Translations under genes and position numbers: made by a program
Shown: positions 35,513 to 44,221 of the stretch, piece after piece
Layout: each line of letters begins with the position of its first letter
Numbering within the stretch: the first letter of the stretch is position 1
DNA from: Anaerovoracaceae bacterium
GTDB lineage: Bacteria > Bacillota > Clostridia > Peptostreptococcales > Anaerovoracaceae
DNA length: 64,000 nt
Assembly (NCBI GenBank): GCA_040307645.1
Contig: JAWRJF010000096.1
Span: 8,054-72,053, forward strand
Reading direction: 5' to 3'
The notes under the pieces: generated by a model
The model's input: only the letters and a program-made list of their open reading frames with translations
Database searches by the model: none
What the model was told of the DNA's origin: nothing

Positions 35513-35905
35513 ATGGAAGAAAAAGTAACATCATTAATCAGAGTTAGAATGTCAGCTAAAGACGCTCATTACGGTGGAGAATTAGTAGATGGAGCTCATA
35601 TGGTACATCTTTTCGGAGACGTAGCTACTGAACTATTAATTAAATTAGACGGAGACGAAGGTTTATTCTGTGCTTATGACAACGTAGAATTCTTAGCTCC
35701 TACTTATGCTGGAGACTACATTGAAGCTTACGGAGAAATTACAAAGATCGGTAATTCTTCAAGAAAAATGAAGTTTGAAGCAAGAAAAGTTATCGTTTCA
35801 AGAAAAGACATCAACGCATCAGCTGCTGATTTCTTAGAAGAACCAATTGTAGTTGCTAGAGCAACTGGTACTTGCGTAACTCCAAAAGAATCAAAGAGAA
35901 AATAG
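35513..35905 (+). CDS. kal: 3-aminobutyryl-CoA ammonia-lyase (hotdog fold)
   Basis: 130 aa. Size and composition fit the small hotdog-fold Kal of the lysine fermentation pathway. It is co-localised with kdd/kamADE and has its own sigma-54 promoter. Confidence 0.7.
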   Translation: MEEKVTSLIRVRMSAKDAHYGGELVDGAHMVHLFGDVATELLIKLDGDEGLFCAYDNVEFLAPTYAGDYIEAYGEITKIGNSSRKMKFEARKVIVSRKDINASAADFLEEPIVVARATGTCVTPKESKRK

Positions 35906-35964
35906 TTTCTCAATGACCCATATTGAAAATATGGAACAATTGGACAAACTAAAAAAATAACTTT

Positions 35965-35992
35965 CTGGACGCTAAAATGCGTCCAGTTTTGC
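35965..35992 (+). terminator. Rho-independent terminator after kal; second copy of the dispersed terminator module
   Basis: CTGGACGC-TAAAAT-GCGTCCAG-TTTTGCT. Confidence 0.75.
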
Positions 35993-36069
35993 TATTTAAT
36001 CTCAGTGAAATAAGCCAGCTATACACTCTAGCTCTGGTAAAAATTATTTCACCCACCAAACATTTATTA

Positions 36070-36774
36070 TTAACAGTTCTTTAAGTATTCAACTTCTTCA
36101 CGAGTTAACTTTCTATAATGGCCTACTCTTAAATGTCCTAATTTTAGATCACCAATAGCAATCCTTTCCAGTTCTTGAACAGGGTTGCCCACAGCACTAA
36201 ACATCTTGCGCACCTGCCTATTCTTGCCCTCTGTAATAGAAATTTCAACAATAGTTGAACGTTGTGTACCTTTTATAATATTAACTATGGCCTTAGAGGT
36301 AACGAAACCTCCAATATCTACACCTTTTCGAAGCTTTACAACTTTTTCGTTTGATAAAACACCAGCCACCCTTGCTCTATAAGTCTTAAAGACATGATGC
36401 TTTGGATGGGTCAATCTGTATGCCAGATCACCATCATTGGTCATTATCAAGAGCCCGGAAGTGTTGTAATCAAGCCTCCCCACAGGGAACAGTCTGGCAT
36501 CAATGTCCGAAACAAGTTCCATAACCGTAGGTCTTTCCTTCTCATCAGAAGAAGTAGTAATGTAGCCAAGAGGCTTATTTATAATTACGTACTCCTTCTT
36601 TTCTTTATATTCAATTAGCTTCCCGTTAACCTCAACAGTATCTTTTTCTAAAACGTCATAACCGGGAGACTTCATCACTACACCGTTTACCCTAACATTT
36701 CCATTTTCTATTAACTCATCAGCTTTTCTTCTGCTGGCAATCCCTGCCTGCGCAATGTATTTATTAATTCTCAT
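36070..36774 (-). CDS. rluB: 23S rRNA pseudouridine synthase RluB (S4 domain plus RsuA/RluB catalytic domain)
   Basis: 234 aa. MRINKYIAQAGIASRRKADELI S4 motif and the GRLDYNTSGLL catalytic Asp motif. Confidence 0.9.
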   Translation of the reverse strand: MRINKYIAQAGIASRRKADELIENGNVRVNGVVMKSPGYDVLEKDTVEVNGKLIEYKEKKEYVIINKPLGYITTSSDEKERPTVMELVSDIDARLFPVGRLDYNTSGLLIMTNDGDLAYRLTHPKHHVFKTYRARVAGVLSNEKVVKLRKGVDIGGFVTSKAIVNIIKGTQRSTIVEISITEGKNRQVRKMFSAVGNPVQELERIAIGDLKLGHLRVGHYRKLTREEVEYLKNC

Positions 36775-36821
36775 AACATCTCCATCATCTGTAAAAAATT
36801 CTTATACTAATACTACCATTA

Positions 36822-38102
36822 CTAAATGCTATTGTAAATATTAGCAAGACCACTTTCTGCAATTCTCTTTTCAATTACTCCTTTATCAGTTGTGTAAAGA
36901 TTCTTCTCCTTCATATAATCAAAAAATTCATCTCCGGCAAAAGTAAATCTTTTAAACAATCCCTCTTCAGTTTCTATTTTCTCATTGTTATACTTTATTA
37001 TACTGCCAATTGCCGTGGTCTCCGGTAACTCTAATAGTTTTATATCCTTTGCCATTCTTGCGGCATTATGGCCGGCTAGGCTTCCCGTGGAAATAGCCTC
37101 TGTATGTCCTACGAATAAACCACATTTTTCACCACCACAAAAAAGATTTTCAACGCCCTTTACCTTAAGGTAATCATCACGCTCTGCCACAGCCATGTAT
37201 CTTATTGAATTCCCTTTGCCTCCAGCATATGGATCAGCAAATCTTACATTCTCAAAACCCTCCACCTTCCTCAAAGCTTCAAGTTCAAAGAAAGGTGTCA
37301 TCATCTTAGCAAACCCTGTATCTATCAATATGATATTTTCCGCATAAGGGTCTAAAGCATACTGTTTGCAGACCTTGACGTTGAGTTTCTTCCTGTTTAT
37401 CATTTCTTCAGGCAATGGCACCACTGCAAAACCCTTCTTTTTTAGTTGGTTCTGAATACTCTTCGATAAAGTCTTCTTCTCAAGTTTAGATGAACCGCTA
37501 AAGGCCCCTAGCTTGCCATCTTTTCTCATTCCGGCAAAATCAGTACCTCCAGCTCTTTCGGATATGCTTACTCTAGGGCCAAATGCCGGACACCTAAGTA
37601 TACACATGCTGCAACCATTTCCATTTTCAAGGCAATTTCCCATAGGCCCTGTGGTTCCTGTACAGTCAACAAAGACATCTCCTTTTATGATTTCACCATC
37701 TTCTAAAACTAAAGCCTCTATTATGCTACCCTTGTCAGATTTCATTACATCTATTACTCTTTTACATAATCTACACTGGATACCCATACCATGTAAAAGC
37801 CTCCTGACTTCAGGCTCCACCTTCAGTACATCATAGAAACTAGCATGCTTGTGTCCAGGGAAATCCACGTTTTTGTGAGTAGCAAAAGAGTCAGTTATAT
37901 TAAATAACTCCGATGCCCCCATGAAAACATTTTCCTCAGTGGCAGTATACCTTCCATTATTTCTCATAATGCCACCTACATTACCTAGACCAAGTAATAA
38001 ATCCGTCCTCTCTAGAAGAATTACCTCTTCTCCACTTTTCCTTGCGGATATTGCAGCTGCACATCCTGCCCAACCTCCACCGACTATAATAATTTTACAC
38101 AT
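36822..38102 (-). CDS. FAD-dependent oxidoreductase (GidA/TrmFO-like fold) with a Cys-rich insert
   Basis: 426 aa. IIIVGGGWAGCAAA dinucleotide loop, CLENGNGCSMCILRC cysteine cluster, and a C-terminal FCGGEKCGLFVGHTEAISTGSLAGHNAA segment resembling the GidA/TrmFO family. Confidence 0.65.
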   Translation of the reverse strand: MCKIIIVGGGWAGCAAAISARKSGEEVILLERTDLLLGLGNVGGIMRNNGRYTATEENVFMGASELFNITDSFATHKNVDFPGHKHASFYDVLKVEPEVRRLLHGMGIQCRLCKRVIDVMKSDKGSIIEALVLEDGEIIKGDVFVDCTGTTGPMGNCLENGNGCSMCILRCPAFGPRVSISERAGGTDFAGMRKDGKLGAFSGSSKLEKKTLSKSIQNQLKKKGFAVVPLPEEMINRKKLNVKVCKQYALDPYAENIILIDTGFAKMMTPFFELEALRKVEGFENVRFADPYAGGKGNSIRYMAVAERDDYLKVKGVENLFCGGEKCGLFVGHTEAISTGSLAGHNAARMAKDIKLLELPETTAIGSIIKYNNEKIETEEGLFKRFTFAGDEFFDYMKEKNLYTTDKGVIEKRIAESGLANIYNSI

Positions 38103-38163
38103 AAAAATACCTCCCTATGATACCTATATAAAGATATTCTCAAAGGGAGGAAATCTTTCCACT

Positions 38164-39537
38164 TTATTTTTCCATTTGGGCAATTTGCATCATAATAGCA
38201 CATTCGATTCTTTTTTTGAACAATTTACAGCCATATTCATAAACGCCCTGGACTGAACCTGTTGCATGGTATGCATTGGCTGCACATCCACCGCTGCAAT
38301 ATAGTCTAGCCCAACAATCTCTGCACTCTTCTCTTGAATAAACGTTACACATCTTAAATGCGTCTCTTGTTTCTTCGTTGGTCACACCTTCCCAGATGTC
38401 ACCCATTTTATATCTGTCATCTCCAACAAATTGATGACATGGATATAAGTCACCCCATGGAGTAACAGCAAAATACTCAGTTCCGGAACCACAACCTGAT
38501 ATTCTCTTATAAATACATGGCCCATGGGTAAGGTCTATCATATAGTGATAAAAGGTAAAGCCTTTGCCCTCGGACTTTCTTTTTATCATTTCTTTGGCTA
38601 ATATCTCATATTGCTCAAAAATTTTAGGCAGATCCTCTTCCGTTAAGGCATAGGGATCATTTGGTTCGCATACAACAGGTTCCATGGATAGTTCAGTGAA
38701 TCCCATATCTGCCATATGGAAAATATCCTCAGTGAAATCTACATTATTATGAGTAAAGGTTCCACGCATATAATAATCTTTTCCGCCTCTTGATTCTACC
38801 ATTTTTTTAAATTTAGGCAAAATAATATCGTAGCTTCCTTCGCCATTTACTGTTTTTCTAAGGTGATCATGTATTTCTTTTCTGCCGTCAAGACTTAATA
38901 CAACATTATGCATTTCTTTATTGGCAAATTCTATTACATCATCGTCTATTCCAACACCATTGGTTGTAAGTGTAAATCTAAAATTTTTATTATGTTTTTT
39001 TTCTAAACTTCTTCCGTACTTTACGGTTTCTTTTACAACCTGCCAGTTCATTAGAGGTTCTCCTCCAAAAAAGTCAACCTCAAGATTTACTCTATCCCCG
39101 GAATTTTCTACCAGGAAATCCAATGATCTTTTGGCAGTTTCAATACTCATCAACCCTCGCTGGCCATTGAAGTTGCCCTGGCTGGCAAAACAGTAACTGC
39201 AGTTTAGATTACAAGTATGTGCCACATGAAGGCAAAGAGCTTTAACCTCCGTGTGTCTATTCTTAAGATCGTATGCGTTAGGCTCATAGATATCTTCAGT
39301 AAACAGTTTTCTCTGGGCTTTTAACTCCTCAATATCGTCAAATACTTCTAAGAGTTCTTCTCGGTTAATCTCTTCTAAATCTTTATACTTGTCCAACATT
39401 TTTGAAATAATCGTTTCTTTTTTTTCTTCACAAAAAAGTTGGATGATGTCATATGCCACATCATCCACACAATGTACTGAACCACTATAAACGTCTAACA
39501 CTATATTAAATCCATTTAATTTATACTGATGTATCAT
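38164..39537 (-). CDS. scfB: SCIFF radical SAM maturase (SPASM domain)
   Basis: 457 aa. CNLNCSYCFA radical-SAM motif and a C-terminal Cys-rich SPASM region (CRDCWARLYCSGGCAANAY). Its start abuts the scfA stop codon. Confidence 0.9.
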   Translation of the reverse strand: MIHQYKLNGFNIVLDVYSGSVHCVDDVAYDIIQLFCEEKKETIISKMLDKYKDLEEINREELLEVFDDIEELKAQRKLFTEDIYEPNAYDLKNRHTEVKALCLHVAHTCNLNCSYCFASQGNFNGQRGLMSIETAKRSLDFLVENSGDRVNLEVDFFGGEPLMNWQVVKETVKYGRSLEKKHNKNFRFTLTTNGVGIDDDVIEFANKEMHNVVLSLDGRKEIHDHLRKTVNGEGSYDIILPKFKKMVESRGGKDYYMRGTFTHNNVDFTEDIFHMADMGFTELSMEPVVCEPNDPYALTEEDLPKIFEQYEILAKEMIKRKSEGKGFTFYHYMIDLTHGPCIYKRISGCGSGTEYFAVTPWGDLYPCHQFVGDDRYKMGDIWEGVTNEETRDAFKMCNVYSREECRDCWARLYCSGGCAANAYHATGSVQGVYEYGCKLFKKRIECAIMMQIAQMEK

Positions 39538-39687
39538 TTAGTTCGCTCTGCTGTTCTCGCATTCCTGGTTTGCAACTCCACATGAAGTCTTGCAAGCTGA
39601 CTGGCATGATGTCTGGCATTCTCCGCATCCGCCGTTTTTAATGCTCTTTTCTAAGTTTCTTGTTTCTATTGTCTTAATTCTTTTCAT
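39538..39687 (-). CDS. scfA: SCIFF peptide (six cysteines in forty-five residues), ribosomal natural-product precursor
   Basis: Not in the ORF track because it is below 60 aa. My translation is MKRIKTIETRNLEKSIKNGGCGECQTSCQSACKTSCGVANQECENSRAN*. It has the hallmark GGCGECQTSCQSACKTSC core. Confidence 0.9.
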   Translation of the reverse strand: MKRIKTIETRNLEKSIKNGGCGECQTSCQSACKTSCGVANQECENSRAN

Positions 39688-39729
39688 ATCTTTCATCTGC
39701 CTTTCTGTATAATTAATTACAATACAAAC

Positions 39730-39758
39730 ATCTTACATATTTTCTTTTAAATTGTCAA
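39730..39758 (-). promoter_or_regulatory. Sigma-A-type promoter for scfA-scfB
   Basis: Minus strand reads TTGACA (39758-39753), a 17-nt spacer, then TAAGAT (39735-39730). It overlaps the stop codon of the upstream gene. Confidence 0.45.
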
Positions 39759-40687
39759 GTAGGGCTTTTGCAGCTATGTACGGTCCTTCCAAAAGCATCC
39801 ACAAAAGTGCAAGCACCACAAATACCCTCACCGCAGCACATATTTGCATGATTAGGTTTTACTACCCTTCCTCCTGCGGCGTCTTCAATAATCTCACTAT
39901 AATATGGCGATGCTAGTGCAAAAAAGTTAGTTCTATTATCTTTTTCCTGACGGATTAAGGTTTCAATTAATGACTGGTGTTTTCTGAAATCAATATAATA
40001 AAGGTTTTCTACGGGGAGTTTCCCAAAATAATCCTTCATGAAGTCTAAGGTTATTTTTTCTGTATCAATAAAAGAATATAGATTATTACGCTCATCTCTA
40101 CTCATTCTTTCTAAAATACTATAAAACGGTGCAATAGCAATGCCTTTTGCCAATAAGACTGTCTTGCCTGCATCTTCGTAAAGTCGCGATAAACCAACTA
40201 ATCCACTGCGGTAAACACCTCTTATGCTAAGAGCCTTTGTTGCCTTAAATATATCGTCTGACTTAGGCCCACTCTTATTTACAGCAATATGTATCTGTCC
40301 TTTAGAAATATCTGTTTTTAAAACCGATATAGGCATATCGAAATCTCTAGAAGCACCAACGCACCTTGCAAATACAAATGAACCTACGGCCTTAGCTCTC
40401 TGCGCCAGGCTTCTCCCAACCTCTAGAACGAAAACTATAAAATTTTCATCATATATTATTTTATCCACTATTGGTGCTACAATTTCTTTTCTTACAGTAA
40501 ACACACGCCCTTGATTTTGAGATAGCTCATTATATATACAAACACCGCTCCACTTACATTGATTACAATCTTTACCTTGTAGTTTTGCACATTCAATGCA
40601 CGCGCTGCACGTAGCCAATCTGCAAGGGCAGTTCCCAGTTCCTACATCCACACAATTGTACTCATTTTTCATCGCCATTTTTTTCAC
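39755..40687 (-). CDS. PyrK/NfnA-like flavoprotein with C-terminal 2Fe-2S motif and a 9-Cys N-terminal extension
   Basis: 310 aa. The C-terminal MCCGEGICGAC...HSC matches the PyrK-type 2Fe-2S motif, and there is an MPISVL FAD-site-like segment. The N-terminus is CVDVGTGNCPCRLATCSACIECAKLQGKDCNQCKWSGVC. The start is uncertain: GTG at 40687, or ATG at 40678 or 40672. Confidence 0.6.
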   Translation of the reverse strand: MKKMAMKNEYNCVDVGTGNCPCRLATCSACIECAKLQGKDCNQCKWSGVCIYNELSQNQGRVFTVRKEIVAPIVDKIIYDENFIVFVLEVGRSLAQRAKAVGSFVFARCVGASRDFDMPISVLKTDISKGQIHIAVNKSGPKSDDIFKATKALSIRGVYRSGLVGLSRLYEDAGKTVLLAKGIAIAPFYSILERMSRDERNNLYSFIDTEKITLDFMKDYFGKLPVENLYYIDFRKHQSLIETLIRQEKDNRTNFFALASPYYSEIIEDAAGGRVVKPNHANMCCGEGICGACTFVDAFGRTVHSCKSPT

Positions 40688-41507
40688 ACCCCATCATTTC
40701 AAATCCATAATCCATGAGCCTATATGCATCATTAAACCAGTCCCCATCAGATAGGACTACGCATATCAGCTCTACATCCTGACGTTTTGCAGAAGCTACT
40801 AGGGTCCTCCCTGATTTTTTTGTAAATCCAATTTTTATGCCTGTAGCTCCATCATATTGATAAACCGTCTTATTTTTATTGCTATAATTTTTCCAACTTT
40901 TGGCTCTTACTATTTTTCTAAAATTACGGTTTCTCATGGCAATCTGTGATATCTTGCAAAGGTCTTCTGCGGTTGTATAGTGTTCTTCATCAAACAGCCC
41001 TGTAGGGTTCATAAAATGTGTGTTTCTTAGTCCAAGTTCTTTTGCGGTTTCGTTCATTTTATCTACGAAATTCTCTAAAGTTCCCCCGAGAGTTATGGCT
41101 ATTGTTGTTGCTGCATCGTTTCCCGACCTTAACATCATGCCATACAGAAGTTCTCTTATAGTAATCTTTTCTCCAGCCTTAAGATATATAGACGATCCCT
41201 CAATGTTGGTTCCCTCTTTTGGAATAACAACCTGTTGATCTAAGTTTGCGCCAAGATCTTTACATATGTTTAACGCAACCAAAGCTGTCATTATTTTAGT
41301 GGTACTTGCAGGATAAGCCTTCTCTGCTGATCTTTTTTCATAAAGAATTTCTCCGGTTTTCCCGTCAGCCAATATGGCTTCTCCTGCTGAAACGGCAGGA
41401 ATCGATGCCGAAGTCTGGTTAACATCCGGTTCTTCTAACAGTAATACATAGATAAAAAAGCCTAATAATAAGCCTATTATTATGGGTATAATATATCTTT
41501 TTTTCAT
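40662..41507 (-). CDS. dacB: D-alanyl-D-alanine carboxypeptidase (S11 family, DacB-like)
   Basis: 281 aa. N-terminal anchor plus SxxK (ASTTKIMT), SGN (RSGND) and KTG-like (KIGFT) motifs. Confidence 0.8.
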   Translation of the reverse strand: MKKRYIIPIIIGLLLGFFIYVLLLEEPDVNQTSASIPAVSAGEAILADGKTGEILYEKRSAEKAYPASTTKIMTALVALNICKDLGANLDQQVVIPKEGTNIEGSSIYLKAGEKITIRELLYGMMLRSGNDAATTIAITLGGTLENFVDKMNETAKELGLRNTHFMNPTGLFDEEHYTTAEDLCKISQIAMRNRNFRKIVRAKSWKNYSNKNKTVYQYDGATGIKIGFTKKSGRTLVASAKRQDVELICVVLSDGDWFNDAYRLMDYGFEMMGCEKNGDEK

Positions 41508-41562
41508 AATAAAACTCCTATGAACATTTTACTGTTTCATAGGAGAAGTATTACAACTTTTT

Positions 41563-42042
41563 TTATTTTATTATTTTATATCCTGCATCTATATATTTTT
41601 TCTGAGAATATAGCTTATATTGTTCTTCTATGGCTCTCACCGGCTGATTTAAATCTTCTACTACGATTAAATGGCATTCTATATCTGTAGTAATAATATT
41701 AAACAGATCTTTCACCTCAGGTAGACTATAATACTTTAAGGTTTCATCATAAGAAGTTTTATCATCATAAAACTCATACTGCCATGTGACCAGCCTGCCT
41801 TTATATTTTTTAGTTACTAATACATCCTTAACAAAATTATAATTTGTATAACCACAGTCAACTATTATCTGTTCTTTATCGCTTTTGCCTAAAGACTCAA
41901 TTTTTTCCTGTACCTTTTCAACTAAGTGAGGGCTACCACTATAATAATTTTTATCAATTTTGTATTCAGCTTGTTGCTTCTCACAAGAATAAAAACACGA
42001 TACAAGCAAGAAAGTGAAGCATAACATTATTATCTTTTTCAT
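41563..42042 (-). CDS. Lipoprotein, hypothetical
   Basis: 159 aa with a lipobox-like signal (FLLVSC). It overlaps the upstream kinase gene by 4 nt. Confidence 0.55.
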   Translation of the reverse strand: MKKIIMLCFTFLLVSCFYSCEKQQAEYKIDKNYYSGSPHLVEKVQEKIESLGKSDKEQIIVDCGYTNYNFVKDVLVTKKYKGRLVTWQYEFYDDKTSYDETLKYYSLPEVKDLFNIITTDIECHLIVVEDLNQPVRAIEEQYKLYSQKKYIDAGYKIIK

Positions 42043-44195
42043 TGCTGCTCCTCCTCAATCACTTCCAGAGCATCTTCCGGCATATGTTTTATTATTATTC
42101 TTTCTAGCATTCTAGTATCTACCGGCTTAGATAAGTAATCGGAAAAGCCCTTTTCCAGGTACTCTTCTTTAGCTCCTTTTACTGCATTTGCAGTTATTGC
42201 TATTACTGTGGAACTCCCGTTATCTCTGTAAAGTTCTTTGTTTTCCAATATGCAATTCAATGTTTCAATTCCGTCCATTCCCGGCATCATATGGTCCATA
42301 AAGATCATATGGTATTTCTTCTCTTTGCATTTTTCAAGAGCTTCTTCACCACTTAAAGCCACATCAACCTTTATCTCTGTAGGCTCTAATAGTTTTTTTA
42401 ATATCTTGCAGTTTATCTCTTTATCATCTACAACCAGAACATTTAATCCCGGTGCCTTTATAGTGTTTTTATATCTTGGTTTAAAAAGAGCCTTATTGCC
42501 CGTTTTGTTTACTTTAATCGGTGTTGCATCAATTACTTTTTGAAGAACTGAGAAATACACCTCTGTTCCTTCTCCATATTTACTTTTTATTTCCAGCTTG
42601 CCGTCCATTAGCGCAAGTAAATTTGAAACTATACTCATTCCAAGGCCTGTTCCTTCGACATATCTATTTTTTGCTATGTCTACTCTCTCAAATGCCTTAG
42701 TTATTTTTGCTATGTCTTGTTCTTTAATACCTATTCCTGTGTCTGTTACACTACAGAAAAACTTTATAGTTTCACTGCTTATAATTTCACATCCTACATT
42801 AACAGTTACACTGCCCTCTTTAGTATACTTTATAGCATTTGAAATAACATTATTGAAAATCTCTTTTATTCGTAAATCATCACCATATAGACTAGACGGT
42901 AATCTTTTATCTACATTTACAAAAAAGGAAAGACCTTTAGCTTTTGCAACGGTTGAATGAGTATTCTTTATGTCTTCGATTATTTCTTCTACGGAATAAG
43001 GATGGTTTTCTATGGCCATTTTCCCTGCTTCTATTTTAGACATGTCCAAAATATCACTGATTAATCCAAGCAATGTCTTCCCTGCCGTACTTATATTTTC
43101 TGCATATTCCGTTATGTTTTCCGATGTGCTCTCCCTTAGTATTAATTCGTTCATACCAAGAATTGCATTTATCGGTGTTCTTATTTCATGAGACATAGAT
43201 GATAAAAATTGTGACTTGGCCTTTGAAGCAACCTCTGCTTTATGTACTGGTTTAATTAATTCTTTTGTAAAAACATTGACATTTATTATACCTATAATAA
43301 GAGAAAGCAGCGACATTGCGCCAATATAAAACCTAATCAAATCGTAATATTCTCGATTCCATTGTTTTTCATCGATTCCTATTATTACATAATAATCCCC
43401 ACTGTTTACTTTTGCTTTAAAAAATATTCTCTTATTATTATCATAATCTAGATTCCAAGTGTAGTTATCACCAGGTTTCTTAACAAGCTGCATCAACGGT
43501 AAATAAACTTGATTTTCAAACATATCCAATTTAGTATATTTACCATTTCTATACAGATATTTTTCATTAGGGTGGGTTACAATACCAAGGTTACTGTCAA
43601 TTAACATAGCATAGCTGTTTTTCGGTAATGAAATGGAATCCATAACCGAGGTTATCTGGTTGGCATATAAATCAGCTGCAAGGACTCCCTTTAGTTTTCC
43701 ATCTACAACTATAGCCTTTGAAACCGTTACTATATAATTTTTAGTATCCAAATCCAAATAAGGTGACTCGTAGTGAACTTCACCTGAAAGTACAGCTTTT
43801 TTATACCATGGACGTTGAACAAACTGAATCGTGCCATCGGGGACAAACCCATTAGTACATGCCATTTTATTATCAGGGTAAGTGAAATATAAGTCGCAAA
43901 AAACCTCATCGTCAAAAGCTTTCTTCATCTCGGTTAAATAATTTCTCAATAAATCTATATCAAAATCATTTTTAATAACAAGAGTCCGCGAAACACTTTC
44001 TACTATGGCACCCTTTTCACCCATCCAAGCGCTAATTTTTTCTGCATTAGTTGCTGCAATTTGCTGATAATTATTTATGCTTCTAGTTTCGATTTGTTTC
44101 TTGGAAAAAATAAAACCTATAATAGCCGTAGTAGATATACAGGCTATACAAATCAAACTTATTATTTTTATGAACTTTCTCTTGGTTTCCTTCAC
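42039..44195 (-). CDS. Hybrid sensor histidine kinase/response regulator with extracellular Cache-like domain
   Basis: 718 aa. TM, ~270-aa periplasmic-type domain, TM, then H-box SHEIRTPIN, an HATPase domain (GTGLGMSI) and a C-terminal receiver (DHMMPGMDG). Confidence 0.9.
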   Translation of the reverse strand: MKETKRKFIKIISLICIACISTTAIIGFIFSKKQIETRSINNYQQIAATNAEKISAWMGEKGAIVESVSRTLVIKNDFDIDLLRNYLTEMKKAFDDEVFCDLYFTYPDNKMACTNGFVPDGTIQFVQRPWYKKAVLSGEVHYESPYLDLDTKNYIVTVSKAIVVDGKLKGVLAADLYANQITSVMDSISLPKNSYAMLIDSNLGIVTHPNEKYLYRNGKYTKLDMFENQVYLPLMQLVKKPGDNYTWNLDYDNNKRIFFKAKVNSGDYYVIIGIDEKQWNREYYDLIRFYIGAMSLLSLIIGIINVNVFTKELIKPVHKAEVASKAKSQFLSSMSHEIRTPINAILGMNELILRESTSENITEYAENISTAGKTLLGLISDILDMSKIEAGKMAIENHPYSVEEIIEDIKNTHSTVAKAKGLSFFVNVDKRLPSSLYGDDLRIKEIFNNVISNAIKYTKEGSVTVNVGCEIISSETIKFFCSVTDTGIGIKEQDIAKITKAFERVDIAKNRYVEGTGLGMSIVSNLLALMDGKLEIKSKYGEGTEVYFSVLQKVIDATPIKVNKTGNKALFKPRYKNTIKAPGLNVLVVDDKEINCKILKKLLEPTEIKVDVALSGEEALEKCKEKKYHMIFMDHMMPGMDGIETLNCILENKELYRDNGSSTVIAITANAVKGAKEEYLEKGFSDYLSKPVDTRMLERIIIKHMPEDALEVIEEEQQ

Positions 44196-44221
44196 TACTA
44201 TATCTCACTTCCTTTGTACGA

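Noticed and set aside
36040-36056. CACCCACCAAA motif after kal compared with CACCCCACCATTTGG at 7331-7346 as further evidence for a shared element
   Set aside because: The motif is short and lies in the opposite relative orientation to the shared terminator module in the two loci, so it is probably coincidental.
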